The notes under the pieces were generated by a model. The model searched no databases, had not been told where the DNA came from, and saw only the letters and a program-made list of their open reading frames with translations. This document shows, piece after piece, positions 11,803 through 25,149 of a stretch of 64,000 bases of DNA; within the stretch, counting starts at the first letter, position 1, and every line of letters begins with the position of its first letter. The position numbers and the translations under genes were made by a program. This DNA comes from Anaeramoeba ignava BMAN (Eukaryota > Protista > Anaeramoebae), in NCBI GenBank assembly GCA_028826165.1, contig JAPDFW010000022.1:62001-126000 (forward strand), in the 5' to 3' direction.

Positions 11803-14472
11803 TTATTTTATATCTTTCATTTCCAAATCATCTTTTTCATTTAATTCATTTGGTTGGTCTGATTGATCTGATTTACTTTGATTAAGTTTTTCATTTAATT
11901 GTTCAGTTTGATCTTTTACTTCGATTTCATTTTTTTGATCTTCTTGTTTTGGTGGATTATTTTTATTATCATTATTATTATCCACTTGCTTTTGTTTTAA
12001 TTTTTCTTGTTCTTCTTTACTAATAAAATCTTGTTTAAAAACATCAGCTCTTACTTTTTCTCTTATTTTTTTAACATATTCCTCATCTTTTTTAAAAGCC
12101 CTAATAATTGGAGTTAAATTAGGAACCCAAAATAATAAAGCAACACATACTGTAATCTATTTTAATTTTTTATCCGATTTTATTAATTTTAATTATTAAT
12201 TTTAATTTTAATTTTAATTTTAATTTTAATTTTAATTTTAATTTTTTATCCGATTTTGATATTAATTTTATAAATGAATTTTAATTTTAATTTTAATTTT
12301 TATCCGATTTTGCTTTTGTTTTAATTTTTCTATTAATTTAATATTAATTTTAATTTTAATTTTAATTTTAATTATTAATTTTTATCCGATTTGATTCTTT
12401 TTAATTTTAATTTTTAATTTTAATTTTAATTTTAATTTTAATAATTTTAATTATAATTTTAATTTTAATTTTAATTTTAATTTTAAATTTTAATTTTGAT
12501 TTTAATTTTAAATTTTAATATTAATTTTAATATCAATTTTAATTTTAATTTTAATTTTAATTTTTTTAATTTTAAATTTTAATTTTAATTTAATTTTAAT
12601 TTTAATTTTAATATTAATTTAATTTTAATTTTAATTTTAATTTTAATTTTAATTTTAATTTTAATTTTAATTTTAATTTTAATTTTAATTTTAATTTTAA
12701 TTTTAATTTTAATTTTAATTTTAATTTTAATTTTAATTGTAATTTTGAATTTTTACATCTAATGTTAAAATAACTCGGTTTGTTGTACTTCCTGCATCAT
12801 CATCTGATACATTATTAATGGGCTTTCGAAGTAACCAAAATCCAAAACCAATAACAGCTGATATTACACCTAAAAGAAGTGCACCTCGAATTTCTTTATA
12901 TCCACTGTATTCTTCAGTAATTTTACGAATTTTAATAACCGTAAACTTGGATTTATAATTTTAATTTTGATTTCGATTTTGATTTTAATTTTGATTTTGA
13001 TTTTAATTTTGATTTTGATTTTAATTTTGATTTTGATTTTGATTTTGATTTTAATTTTGATTTTGATTTTGATTTTTATTTAGATTTTTATTTTGATTTT
13101 CATTTTGATTTTAATTTTGATTTTAATTTTGATTTTGAATTTTAATTTTGATTTTGATTTTAATTTTAATTTTAATTTTAATTTTAATTTCAATTTTGAA
13201 TTTGATTTTTAATTTTAATTTTGATTTTGATTTTAATTTTAATTTTAATTTTGATTTTGAATCTAATTTTGAAAGAAAAAAAATCAATGATTACTATCAA
13301 TAATAAAATATTTGCAACACCTAAAATAGCTAACAAAACCAAAGAAGCTGTTGTAGATTTGCATTTATCTTTTTCATCATCCCAATAAACACCCTTAAAA
13401 ATAGTTACAACTAAAAAAAAATCAAAAAAAAATCAAAAAAATTTAATTTGATCCAAAAAAAAAAAACAACAAAAAATTAAGAATATCAATTACAAATAGA
13501 AAAAACTAGCCAAGGAGCCTGTAAAATAGCTAGACCCTTATAAAAGACACTTAATCCGGGTCTTATATGCCGTTGAAAAATTAACCATAAACGAAAACTA
13601 CGAAGAATTAAACAATTGACCCAAAGAGAAAATCCAAAAAAGAATTGAATCCAAACTAATAAATTCAAAAAAAAACAATTAGTTAAATCCTAAAACAATA
13701 AGGTTATCATTCTAGTTAATACTTCTCCACAAAGCGCATATGGCCCAAAATGTTCCTTCTGGTCTTTCAAAATGATTATTTGCAATCTAAAAAAAAATTT
13801 CATTTGTTTTCCAAAAATTTGATTTTTTTTTGGTTCAAAATTAGAATTTTTTTTGGAAGTTAAAAATATTAAGAGCGCTATAAATTTACGATGCTTGAAG
13901 ATGCAATAACGCATCCAGCAATAGTGAAAAATAAAACGATTTCTGGTTGTTTAGCTTTTATTGCACCGTATTTTCGATAGTAATAAAAGAATCCAAGTCC
14001 AATAAGAGTGAGAACAGAAACCAAGAGAGTGACAACCTTTGTAATTTTGATTTCCCAATTAATATTTATGTTTTAGATTTTTGATTTATCGTTTAGAAAA
14101 ATGAAAAAATAAAAGAGAATTTTTTGTAAATGAATTTTAAATTATAAATCCGAATTTATTTTATTATTTATTTTATTATTTATTTTGTATTTTAATTTTA
14201 ATTTTAATTTTGATTTTAATTTAGATTTTAATTTGAATTTTAATTTTAATTTTAATATTAATTTTAATTTTAATTTTAATTTTAATTTTAATTTTAATTT
14301 TAATTTTAATTGAATTTTAATTTAGATTTTAATTTGAATTTGAATTGTAATTTGAATTTGAATTTTAATATTAATTTGAATTTTAATTTTAATTTACAGC
14401 AACAAGATAATCAATCCATAAACCTCTTTTTGTTGTATCTCCTGTTTCTTCTAATAATTCTCGATAAAACAT
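11803..14472 (-). CDS. Seven-transmembrane GPCR-like protein resembling the 7TM module of plant RGS1, with no RGS domain
   Basis: Seven exons assembled via GT-AG introns: MFYRELLEE..WIDYLVA | VVTLLVSVLTLIGLGFFYYYRKYGAIKAKQPEIVLFF.. | ..ICALWR | IWIQFFFGFSLWVNCLILRSFRLWLIF..APWL | ..DKCKST.. | FTVIKIRKITEEYSGYKEI.. | ITVCVAYYFWVPNLTPII, then a charged tail; seven hydrophobic segments. Confidence 0.75.
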
Positions 14473-14713
14473 GTTTTTTATTTTTTATTTTTAGGGTTTT
14501 AAAAGAATAAGAATAAGAAAAAGAATAAGAAAAAGAATAAGAAAAAGAAAAAGAAAAAATGAATTTCAAAAAAAAAAAAGCAAAAAAAGAAAAAAATTTT
14601 TTTTTAATTAAAAAAAGTTAAAAAAAGTTAAAGAAATAAAGAAAATCTTTATTTTTAAATTAAAATAAAAGTCAAAAAATCTTTTTCTTTCTTTTTTTCT
14701 TATTTTTTCTTAT

Positions 14714-17700
14714 TTATTTTTTCCTTTCAACAAAAATTGAAATTAGATCGTTAATTGGAAAATTTCGATGAGTTTCTGTATCCAAAAAGATAATTCCAGA
14801 AATATTTTGAAGACCAGTAGCAAGAGGAAACAAATCTATATTAAATTTTATTGAAGATTGAGATTGAACTGTTCCAATTTCCTTTTTTATTTTTAATCAA
14901 TAAATTAAAATTAAAATTAATAATTAAAATTAAAATTAAAATTAAAATTAAAATTAAAATTAAAATCGGATAAAAAATTAAAATTAAAATTAATATTAAT
15001 ATTAAAATTAAAATTAAAATTAAAATCATTATTAAAATTAAAATTAATATTAAAATTAAAATTAATATTAAAATTAAAATTATAATTAAAATCGGATAAA
15101 AAATTAATAATTAAAATTAAAATTAAAATTAAAATTAAAATTAAAATTAAAATCATTGATAAATTTTCATACAAAATTAGAAATTCCTGAAATCACAACT
15201 TGTTTCATTTTTTCTTTATCAATTGTAAACCAAAGATTCATTGTTTCCGGACTAAGATTTTCAATTTCACATTCAATTTGAAATGGAATATCAACATAAA
15301 TTTTTTCTGGAATTTTTGTGACAATAACATCTATGGTTTCGTTATCTGGAATCTTTTGGAAAATAAAAGAAAAAAATTTGAATTTGAATTAAATTGAATT
15401 AAATTAAATTTAAACTTGGATTTGAATTTGAAATTGAATTAAATTTAAACTTGAATTTGAATTAAATTTAAACTTGAATTAAATTAAATTAAATTAAATT
15501 AAATTAAACTTGAATTTGAATTAAATTTAATTAATCTTGAATTAAATTAAACTTGAATTTGAATTGAATTAAATTAAATTGAATTAAATTTAAACTTGAA
15601 TTTGAATTAGATTAAATTTAAACTTGAATTAAATATTGTTTCTTAAATTCAAAATTAATTTACATCCCGAAGAAGTTGTCTAGTTTGAAGATGAGCAACA
15701 TTTCCAAATCTAGTTTTCCATGAAACAGATAAAAAACCAATATCTTTAATTCTCTAAAATTAAAATTAAAATTAAAATTAAAATTAAAATTAAAATTAAA
15801 ATTAAAATTAAAATTAAAATTAAAATTAAAATTAAAATTAAAATTAAAATTAAAATTAAAATTAAAATTAAAATTAAAATTAAAATTAAAATTAAAATTA
15901 AAATTAAAATTAAAATCAAAATTCAAATTAAAATTAAAATTAAAATTAAAATTAAAATTAAAATTAAAATTAAAATTAAAATTCAAATTAAAATTAAAAT
16001 TAAAATCAAAATTAAAATTAAAATTAAATTTAAATTTAAAATTAAAATTAAAATTAAAATTGATTTAATCTTTTTACTCTTGATTTTGCAGCAAATTTTT
16101 CTGTAGGGTTGATTTGAAAAAGATATTGTCTTTCATTCCCTGGATTTAAAAGAATAAATCCAGAAAAAGTACCATCATCTTTCATAATTTTCTTATTATC
16201 TTTTGTTGTAATTTCAGAAGAATTTAAATTTTCCTTTTTAAAATAAGCAGAAGGTTCAAAGATAACATTTTCAATAAACATAGGTTGCTTCATTTTGTTT
16301 CTAATTTGACCTTCAAGAAGAATAGTTTCTGAAGATAATGATTTAATTGTAGTAATTGTTGTTTTCAAATCGACTGGCGTTTTTACTTCAAAACTAATTG
16401 ATGATGAAACTTGTTTTGATTCTCCATCACTTTTTGAGTAAAAAACTACACATGTTATACTATGAAAATATTATTTTAATTTCGAAAAGGAAAATATTAT
16501 TAAATTTCCCATTTTGAATTATATAATTTTCATTGAATATTTTGTACGTATGATTTTCTGCTTTTTTGGCTTCTTGTTGAAGAATATAATCATGATGTTT
16601 TCCTGGTGCTAATTTATCCAATGGTTTATTTGTAGTATCAATAAGAATATAAGTTTGACTTGGAGTTTTTAAATCGCATTTAACAGAAACTTTCGATGCA
16701 AATTGATTTGAATGATTTATAATACTGATATAAAAATTAAATGTTTCACTTAAAAAAATATCTCTATATATATTTTTTGAACAAAAAAGAAATTTTAAAT
16801 AAAATGAGAATAGATGATCAATTAAAAAGGTTTAGGATATTTTTTGGTTTAATTATATTTTCTTACTCATCAGGAGAAGGTACATTTAAAACATCACTAA
16901 ACCCTAATCCACGTTCTCCTTCAGGAAATTCTCCTTTTTTTTGATAAATTAATGGTCGAGATAATGGCAGAACATCACCAATTATTAATGTTGGTTCTGC
17001 TACTATGGGGAATTCTTGATAAAAATCTGGTTTCGTAAATTTCATAACTAAAACAAATTTTATAAATAATTTTAATAATAATTTTAATAATAATTTTAAT
17101 AATAATTTTATATAATAATTTTAATAATAATTTTAATAATAATTTTAATAATAATTTTAATAATAATTTTATAAATAATTTTAATAATAATTTTATATAT
17201 AATTTTAATAATAATTTTAATAATATTTTTATATATAATTTTATAAATAATTTTATATATAATTTTATATATAATTTTAATAATAATTTTAATAATAATT
17301 TTATATATAATTTTATATATAATTTTATATATAATTTTATATATAATTTTATATATAATTTTATATATAATTTTTATATAATTTATATATAATTTTTATA
17401 TATAATTTTATATATAATTTTATATATAATTTTATATATAATTTTATATATAATTTTATATATAATTTTATATATAATTTTATAAATAATTTTATATATA
17501 TAATTTTATAAATAATTTTATATATAATTTTATAAATAATTTTATATATAATTTTATAAATAATTTTAGTAATAATTTTATAAATAATTTTATTAATAAT
17601 TTTATTAATAATTTTATTAATAATTTTATATATAATTTTATATATAATTTTTTATCATATTCCCAGTGTACGTTTAACAGTAAGAAGTGGAACATCTTCA

Positions 17701-17866
17701 ACAACTAAAGGTTGTTTTCCTTTCTAAATAAAATTTATTATAAAAAAAAAGTTGATAATTAAAAGGTCTAAATTTATAAATTGAAAGATCTGTTTTTTTA
17801 TTATATTTTTTTTATATTTAAAAAAAAATATACAGAAACTTGACTTTGAGTGTTTGTATTTGCCAT
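14714..17866 (-). CDS. TRAPPC13: Trafficking protein particle complex subunit 13
   Basis: Spliced product contains LLTVKLMKFTKP, IFLSETFNFYISIINHS, LLEGQIRN, LNPGNERQYLF, IGFLSVSWKTRFGNVAHLQT, LFPLATGLQNISGI; the introns checked are GT-AG and in frame. Confidence 0.85.
17055..17650. repeat. Intronic minisatellite, 13-bp unit AATAATTTTATAT-like
   Basis: Tandem repeat inside TRAPPC13 intron 17048-17671. Confidence 0.9.
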
Positions 17867-18472
17867 TAAAAAATGAAAAAAATGAAAAAAAAAATGAAAA
17901 AAAAATGAAAAACTTAAATTTTTGAGAAATTTTTCTTGCTTTTAATTTACTTTTGATTAAATTCAATTTAACTTTAATTCCGTGTAAATTTTTATTTAAA
18001 ATGAATTATAATTAATTTTTAATCTAAATTATTTTAATTTTATTAAATTTTTTTTGATAAAATAAATGATCAAAAAAAATAAAGAAAATAAAAATTTGTT
18101 TTAGAAAAACTTCAAGATCAAAAAAAATACAAAATAGAAATAATAAACAATAAGGATAATTAGTGAATTGATAAAGTTCAAATTGAAATAAAGGGTATTT
18201 TTTTTTTTTTGGGAGTTTTGAGAAAATAGAAAATCTTACTTTTTTGAAACAAAAAAAAAAAACAAAAAAAAATAAAAAATTTAATAAAAAATTCTTATCA
18301 TTTTTTTCTTTTTCGCTTAATTTTATTTTAAAGAAGCAAACTAATTTTTCTCTTTAAAATTAACAAAATTTTTTTTTTTTATAATTGTTTAATTTTACAA
18401 ACTATTTTTTTTTAATCATTCCAAAAGCAACAAACTTGAAAAAAAAAACGGAAAAAAAAAAATAAAATTAAA

Positions 18473-20668
18473 ATGCAAATGTTATCAAGATATTCAACAT
18501 TAGATCTTCATAAATTTACATACAAACATCATTTCAACAAAAAAATAGGATTTCAAACACAAATAGCATTAGTATTAAAATGGATGAAAGATAAACTGAA
18601 CCAACCTAACTTAACCGCTGACGAGGCATTAAATAAAAATGGAGTTATTGTCTGTCAGTTATTGAACGTTTTAACTTTTCCAGAAATAGTTGTTCCTGAA
18701 ATTGAAATGAATGAGAATTTTAGGCAAATAGAAAACCTAAAGAAATTCAAATTAATTTTAGAAAAAAGGTTTCAAATTGAAAAATTCACTTGGGGGGATA
18801 TCCAAAGTATAAACAATGGTGATCCTGAAGGAAAAAGAAAACTTGTTTATGCCCTTTTACTCTTGAGAAATAAAGCCTTATTGAACCAAGTTGCCATTGA
18901 TGATTCTCAATCTTCTGATAAATCGGACGATGATTTAGATGAGAATTTTGTTGAGGAAACTGAAGAAGTTAAAGAAATTGAGCAATGGCAAAAAAATTAC
19001 CAAAAAAACAATTGGGGTTCTATTCAAAATTTTTCTGAAAAAGCTCTTTCTTCTCGAAAACAATCTAATAGAAATAACCAAAATCATAAAAGGAATCATA
19101 AAAAAAGAAGAGGTCGCAAAAATTCAAGAGGAAAACAAGGAAATCAAAATCGAAATCGAAATCCAAGTTTAGATGAAAAAAAGAAAGAAAATTTAAGTTT
19201 AAATTTAATTCAAGATCAAAAAGGAAATGAAAATCAAATTGAAAATGAAAATCAAAAAGAAAATGAAAATCAAATTGAAAAAGAAAATCAAAATCAAAAT
19301 CAAAAAGAAAATCAAATTGAAAATCAAAATCAAATTGAAAATCAAATTGAAAATGAAATTGAAAATAAAAATCAAATTGAAAATCAAATTGAAAATCAAA
19401 TTGAAAATAAAAATCAAATTGAAAATGAAAATAAAAATAAAATTGAAAATGAAAATCAAAATCAAATGAAAAAGCAAAATTCAATTGAAAATTTAACCCA
19501 AAAAAGGATTCAAAGAAAAAGTATTACTCTTAGAAGAAGTAATTTGGAAGATACAGAACAACACCCAATTTTGTTATACCAAAACATCAAAAGAAGAGGA
19601 AGTATTAAATTAAACAAATCAAGAGCAGAAAAAGCAAGAACAGAAGTATTTTCAAAAGATCATTTAAAAGAACAATTTGAAGAAATGGAAAAAGAAGCAA
19701 ATCCATTTGTAAATAAAGCAAGAATGGAACAAATTCAAAAAAGAAGAAGAGAAAAAATAAAACCGCTTGTTCTTAATTTTGTTTCTTCTTCTGAAGATGA
19801 AAAAGAAGAAGTTCCAGAAAAAAATGAAGAAAAAAAAGAAGAAGAAAAGCAAATCTCAGAAGAAAATAAGAAAAAAATAGCAGAAGTTGTTCTTGGATAT
19901 CTTGAATCGGGAACAGCAAGTTTTGAAGTGAAACCGATTCTGAAAGAAAACGAAATACACAAGAAAAAAAGAGCGATATTAAATCTCAATTCAAAAAGAG
20001 GAATATCAATTTATGTTCATGATTTGGGGAAAATTTTTTCAAAACAATGGAGTAGAAAGTTACAAGCCGGATCGTTTGAAATTAATTCGCCAATTATTAT
20101 TATTAACTTCGGTACAAGCAGAGTTCTAATTGCAAAAACAAAGAGCTTATTTATGAGAGATGTTATTTTGGAAACAATTTCTTCTTTCAATCGCGCTTTT
20201 CAAAACAAAAAAAATCAAACGGAAAATGAACAGGATTTAAATTCAATCATGAAAAAAGCTCCAAATCATGTTCAAAAACAACTTGTCAAATTCAATACAA
20301 TTCAAGCAAAGCAATTGATCCAACAGGGCAAATATTGTGAAGAGTTTTATAAAAAAAAAGGTGTTAATTTCTTTGTTCATGTTAGAAAAAATGAGAACTT
20401 TTTTATTGGATATTTGAAAATTAGAAAAAATGGTATCAAAATTGGTGTTTATGAAAATGGCAAATTTAAAACGATTATTTTTGAAAAATTCTCTCCTAAT
20501 TTTTCTCTCATTTCAAATCCTCAAAATGATCCTACTTTGATCCAAATTTTTTCAAGGAATAATTCTTCCAGAGAATTGTTTATCAAAAGTTTTTCGTCTG
20601 AAGAAAAGATTGTAATTGAAAAATCTTTGTTATTTTTTCAACAAAAATTTTTTGAATTAAAAAATTAA
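18473..20668 (+). CDS. Protein with N-terminal calponin-homology-like domain, ENQ repeats and a possible tandem PH-like C-terminus
   Basis: LKWMKDKL..NGVIVCQLLNVL..ENLKKF..KLVYALLLL fits the CH pattern; C-terminal assignment is tentative; intronless 731-aa ORF. Confidence 0.65.
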   Translation: MQMLSRYSTLDLHKFTYKHHFNKKIGFQTQIALVLKWMKDKLNQPNLTADEALNKNGVIVCQLLNVLTFPEIVVPEIEMNENFRQIENLKKFKLILEKRFQIEKFTWGDIQSINNGDPEGKRKLVYALLLLRNKALLNQVAIDDSQSSDKSDDDLDENFVEETEEVKEIEQWQKNYQKNNWGSIQNFSEKALSSRKQSNRNNQNHKRNHKKRRGRKNSRGKQGNQNRNRNPSLDEKKKENLSLNLIQDQKGNENQIENENQKENENQIEKENQNQNQKENQIENQNQIENQIENEIENKNQIENQIENQIENKNQIENENKNKIENENQNQMKKQNSIENLTQKRIQRKSITLRRSNLEDTEQHPILLYQNIKRRGSIKLNKSRAEKARTEVFSKDHLKEQFEEMEKEANPFVNKARMEQIQKRRREKIKPLVLNFVSSSEDEKEEVPEKNEEKKEEEKQISEENKKKIAEVVLGYLESGTASFEVKPILKENEIHKKKRAILNLNSKRGISIYVHDLGKIFSKQWSRKLQAGSFEINSPIIIINFGTSRVLIAKTKSLFMRDVILETISSFNRAFQNKKNQTENEQDLNSIMKKAPNHVQKQLVKFNTIQAKQLIQQGKYCEEFYKKKGVNFFVHVRKNENFFIGYLKIRKNGIKIGVYENGKFKTIIFEKFSPNFSLISNPQNDPTLIQIFSRNNSSRELFIKSFSSEEKIVIEKSLLFFQQKFFELKN

Positions 20669-20740
20669 AGATTAAAAAAATTAAAAAAATTTTTTTCATT
20701 TTTCATTTTTCATTTTTCATTTTTCATTTTTTTCAATTTA

Positions 20741-22996
20741 ATGGAAAAAAAGCCTTTTCCAATTACAAAAGTTAGTTTTCATTTTTATGAAGCTAACTCA
20801 AGAATTGTTGAAGAATTTTCAAAAAATTTACCTCTTTGTCCAAATATGGATGTAAAATAGAAAATTGAATAATAATTTTTTGAATAATAATTTTATGAAT
20901 AATAATTTTATGAATAATAATTTTTGAATAATAATTTTTGAATAATAAAATTATGAATAATAATTTTTAAATAATAATTTTTGAATAATAATTTTTGAAT
21001 AATAAAATTATGAATAATAATTTTTGAATAATAAATTTTGAATAATAAATTTTGAATAATAAATTTTGAATAATAAATTTTATGAATAATAAATTATGAA
21101 TAATAAATTTTGAATAATAAATTTTGAACAATAATTTTTTGAATAATAAATTATGAATAATAAAATTATGAATAATAAAATTATGAATAATAAATTATGA
21201 ATAATTATTTTTGAATAATAAATTATGAATAATAAATTTTTGAATAATAAAATTATGAATAATAAATTATGAATAATAAAATTATGAATAATAAATTATG
21301 AATAATAAATTATGAATAATAATTTTTGAATAATAAATTATGAATAATAAAATTATGAATAATAAATTATGAATAATAATTTTTGAATAATAAATTTTGA
21401 ATAATAAAATTATGAATAATAATTTTGAATAACAATTTTTGAATAATAAATTATGAATAATAAAATTATGAATAATAAATTATGAATAATAAAATTATGA
21501 ATAATAAATTATGAATAATAATTTTTTGAATAATAATTTTTGAATAATAAAATTTTGAATAATAATTTTTGAATAATAAATTTTTGAATAATAAATTTTG
21601 AATAATAAAATTATGAATAATAAATTATGAATAATAATTTTTGAATAATAAATTTTTTAAATAATATAATTTTTGAATAATAAATTTTATGAATAATAAA
21701 TTATGAATAATAAAATTATGAATAATAAATTATGAATAATAAATTATGAATAATAAATTATGAATAATAAATTATGAATAATAAATTATGAATAATAAAT
21801 TATGAATAATAGGGTTAATTTTTGAATAATAAAATTATGAATAATAAAATTATGAATAATAAATTTTGAATAATAATTTTTGAATAATAAAATTATGAAT
21901 AATAATTTTTGAATAATAAAATTATGAATAATAAATTTATGAATAATAAATTTTGAATAATAATTTATGAATAATAAATTATGAATAATAAATTATGAAT
22001 AATAAATTATGAATAATAATTTTTGAATAATAAATTATGAATAATAATTTATGAATAATAAATTTTTTAAATAATAAATTTTTAAATAATAATTTTATAG
22101 GCAGATATTGCGGATCCTTTTGAAGAAAAAGGAGATGCGATGATTGTTTGGGGAAATAGTTTTGGGTTTGTTTTATTTGGAAATTTTAATTTATATTTAT
22201 ATTTAAATTTTATTTTTTCTATTGTCTATTTTTATCATTTAAAGAATCTTAAATAGTAAGTAATTTAAAAAAGGAATTTAAAATGGATATTTTAAAATGT
22301 ATATTTAAAATACAATTTAATATAATTTATCAGGATCAAAAGAAGAAAAACTCAATAAACTTTTTGGAAATAAGCTATTTGATCAAATTCAAGAAAAAAT
22401 AAAAGAAGAATTTTTTGGAGAACTTTTAATTGGACAAACAATATTAATTCAACCCAAATTTGTAAATTAAAATTAAAATTCATTTTGAAAATTCATTTTG
22501 AAAATTCATTTTGAAAATTCATTTGAAAATTAAAATTTAGAATGAATCATTTCCAATAAAATACCTGATTTATACAAGTTTATTTCGAAGTATAAATTTA
22601 ATTGAGAATAATTGTGTTTTTTTAGCATTTAGAGGAGTTCTAATAAGAATAATAAAACATAATGAATCATGTCTCAAAAATGGACAAGATCCAATCAAAT
22701 CAATTTTATTTCATTCACCTTGGGTTAACGGACAATTAAAATCAAACGTGATTTCAAAACAAGTTTTTGAAGCTTATCGAGTTGTTGCAAATAAACCAAT
22801 AAGTTATAAGAAGAAAAAACTAAAATCAAAATCAAAATCTCAAAATTATTCAAAAAATTCTGATAGTGATGATAATGATAATAGTGATGATAATTGGGAT
22901 GGTGTTGCTTTTCCTGAAAAACTTTTTAACGTTTTTAACCAGGAACTTGCAATGTTACATCCAGATTCAGATTTAAGTCATGAAAAATTTTATTGA
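20741..22996 (+). CDS. Macrodomain (Appr-1-p processing / ADP-ribose-binding family) protein, 5 exons
   Basis: Exons 20741-20851, 22101-22165, 22245-22255, 22334-22461, 22541-22996 give DAMIVWGNSFGILNRSKEEKLNKLFG..QEKIKEEFFGELLIGQ..KYLIY..FLAFRGVL..HN..IKSILF..KQVFEAY. Confidence 0.75.
20865..22092. repeat. Intronic minisatellite, 14-15-bp unit GAATAATAAATTAT
   Basis: Tandem repeat filling intron 20852-22100. Confidence 0.95.
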
Positions 22997-23894
22997 TTGA
23001 AAAACAAAATTAAAAGGAAAAAACAAGTTGAAAAAAAAAAAAAATTTTCATTCCACTTTTTTTCGACTTTTTTTTCCTTTTTTATTTTTCCACAATTTTT
23101 TTTTGCTTTTTGAAAAAATAAATTTATTTCTTTTTTCTTTTCAATTTTAGATTTAATTTATTTAAACAAAAGAAAAAGAAATTATAAAAAGGAAAAGCAA
23201 TTTTTTGATTAATTTATTTTATAATTTAATTTAAATTTTTAAATTTAATTTTATTATTTTTTTTTTGTTGTTTTTTTGAAGGATTTTTGCTTTGATCATT
23301 AAAAAGAAACTTTGAGAAAAAATTTTTTAAATTTATTTTGTTTAGTTTTCATTCAAATTTATGTTTAATTTTTTGTTAAGAAACGAAACAAAGCAAAAAA
23401 ATTTTTTTTTCTTCAATTTTTCAAGTTAAATTTTTTTTCTTTTTTCTTTTTTCATTTTTTTTCTTAACAAATAATACAAGATGAGACACCATTTAATTCC
23501 AAAAAAAAAATAAAACAAACAAAAATGCAAAAGAAAGGAAAAAATTAAAATAAAGTTATATTGATTTTCCAATTTAACAGACAAAAAAAATTTAAATAAA
23601 AAAAATAAAAAAACAAAAAAAAAAAACTTATCAAAATTCGATTTAGACTTTGATCTTATTATTTAAAAGCGATATCATCTCAATAACTCTTTTTTTTTCT
23701 TTTAAGAATTTTTTTTGAAAAAAAAAACCTTTAAAAATTACATTAAAAATACATTACAATACTCAAAAAAAAAATCTTAAATAACAAACAAACAAACAAA
23801 AAATTTATTAATGAATCATTACAAAAAAAAAAAAAGGAAAAACAAAATGAATAAAAAAAGATCAACAAATAAAAAAAAGAAAAAGAATAGCAAA

Positions 23895-24760
23895 TTGAAA
23901 ATGAAAATTAAATTAAAATCAAAATCAAAATCAAAATCAAAATGAAAATCAAAATCAAAATGAAAATCAAAATTAAAATCAAAATCAAATTCAAATTCAA
24001 AATCAAAATCAAAATCAAAATCAAAATCAAAATCAAAATCGAATTGAAAATCAAAATCAAAATCAAAATCAAAATCAAAATCAAAATAAAAATCTAAATC
24101 AAATTGAAAATGAAAATGAAAATCAAAATCAAAATTAAAAATCAAAATCAAAATCAAAATCAAAATTAAAATCAAAATCAAAATTAAAATCAAAATCAAA
24201 ATCAAAATCAAAATCAAATTCAAAATCAAAATCAAATTGAAAATGAAAACTAAAATCAAAATCAAAATAAAAATCTAAATCTAAATCAAAATTAAAATCA
24301 AAATCAAAATTAAAATTAAAATTAAAATTAAAAATTAAAATTAAAATTAAAATCAAAATCAAATTCAAAATCAAAATTCAAATTCAAAATAAAAATCTAA
24401 ATCAAAATCAAAATCAAAATCAAATTCAAAATTAAAATTCAAAATCAAAATCAAAATCAAATTCAAAATTAAAATTCAAAATCAAAATAAATCAAAATTA
24501 AAATTCAAAATCAAAATAAATCAAAATCAAATTCAAAATCAAAATCAAATTCAAATTCAAATTCAAATTCAAAATGAAATTAAAATCAAAATCAAAATCA
24601 AAATCAAAATCAAAATCAAAATCAAATTCAAATTCAAAATCAAAATCAAAATCAAAATCAAATTCAAAATTAAAATCAAAATCAAAATCAAAATCAAAAT
24701 TAAAATCTAAATTAAAATTGAAATCAAAATCAAATTCAAAATCAAATTCAAAATGGAAAT
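23895..24760. repeat. Intergenic (AAAATC/AAAATT)n hexamer microsatellite
   Basis: Direct reading of the sequence. Confidence 0.9.
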
Positions 24761-24834
24761 GGAAATTTATAAAAAAAATTGAAAGGAATTTATTAAATCA
24801 AAAACAAAACAAAGAAAGAAAGAAAAAAAAACAA

Positions 24835-25149
24835 TTAAATCAAAGTTTTAACAACCATTAAAAAATTACGGATAACTTCATCTTCATTAACCTTTTGCTG
24901 ACTAAATTTTTCAGCAATTTTAACAGCAAGCTCTTGATAAGAGATATTTTTATCTGTTTTAATTCGATAATACTTTTTTAAATTTTGCAAAGTATGAGAA
25001 TCAAGTTTAGAAAAATTAACTTTAGTTACATGTGATTTAGAATATTTGCTTTTCTTTTCTTTAGGATTTCCGTTCTTGCTAATTCTTCTGTTATTATTAT
25101 ATTAGTTTTTCTTCTTTTATTGTTATTTTCTTTAATTAACTTACCCCAT
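24835..25149 (-). CDS. SAP30-like protein (Sin3-binding domain only)
   Basis: ATG GG|gtaagt..cag| gives MGRISKNG..VNFSKLDSHTLQNLKKYYRIK..SYQELAVKIAEKFSQQKVNEDEVIRNFLMVVK, matching the SAP30 Sin3-binding pattern; absent from the ORF track. Confidence 0.75.
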
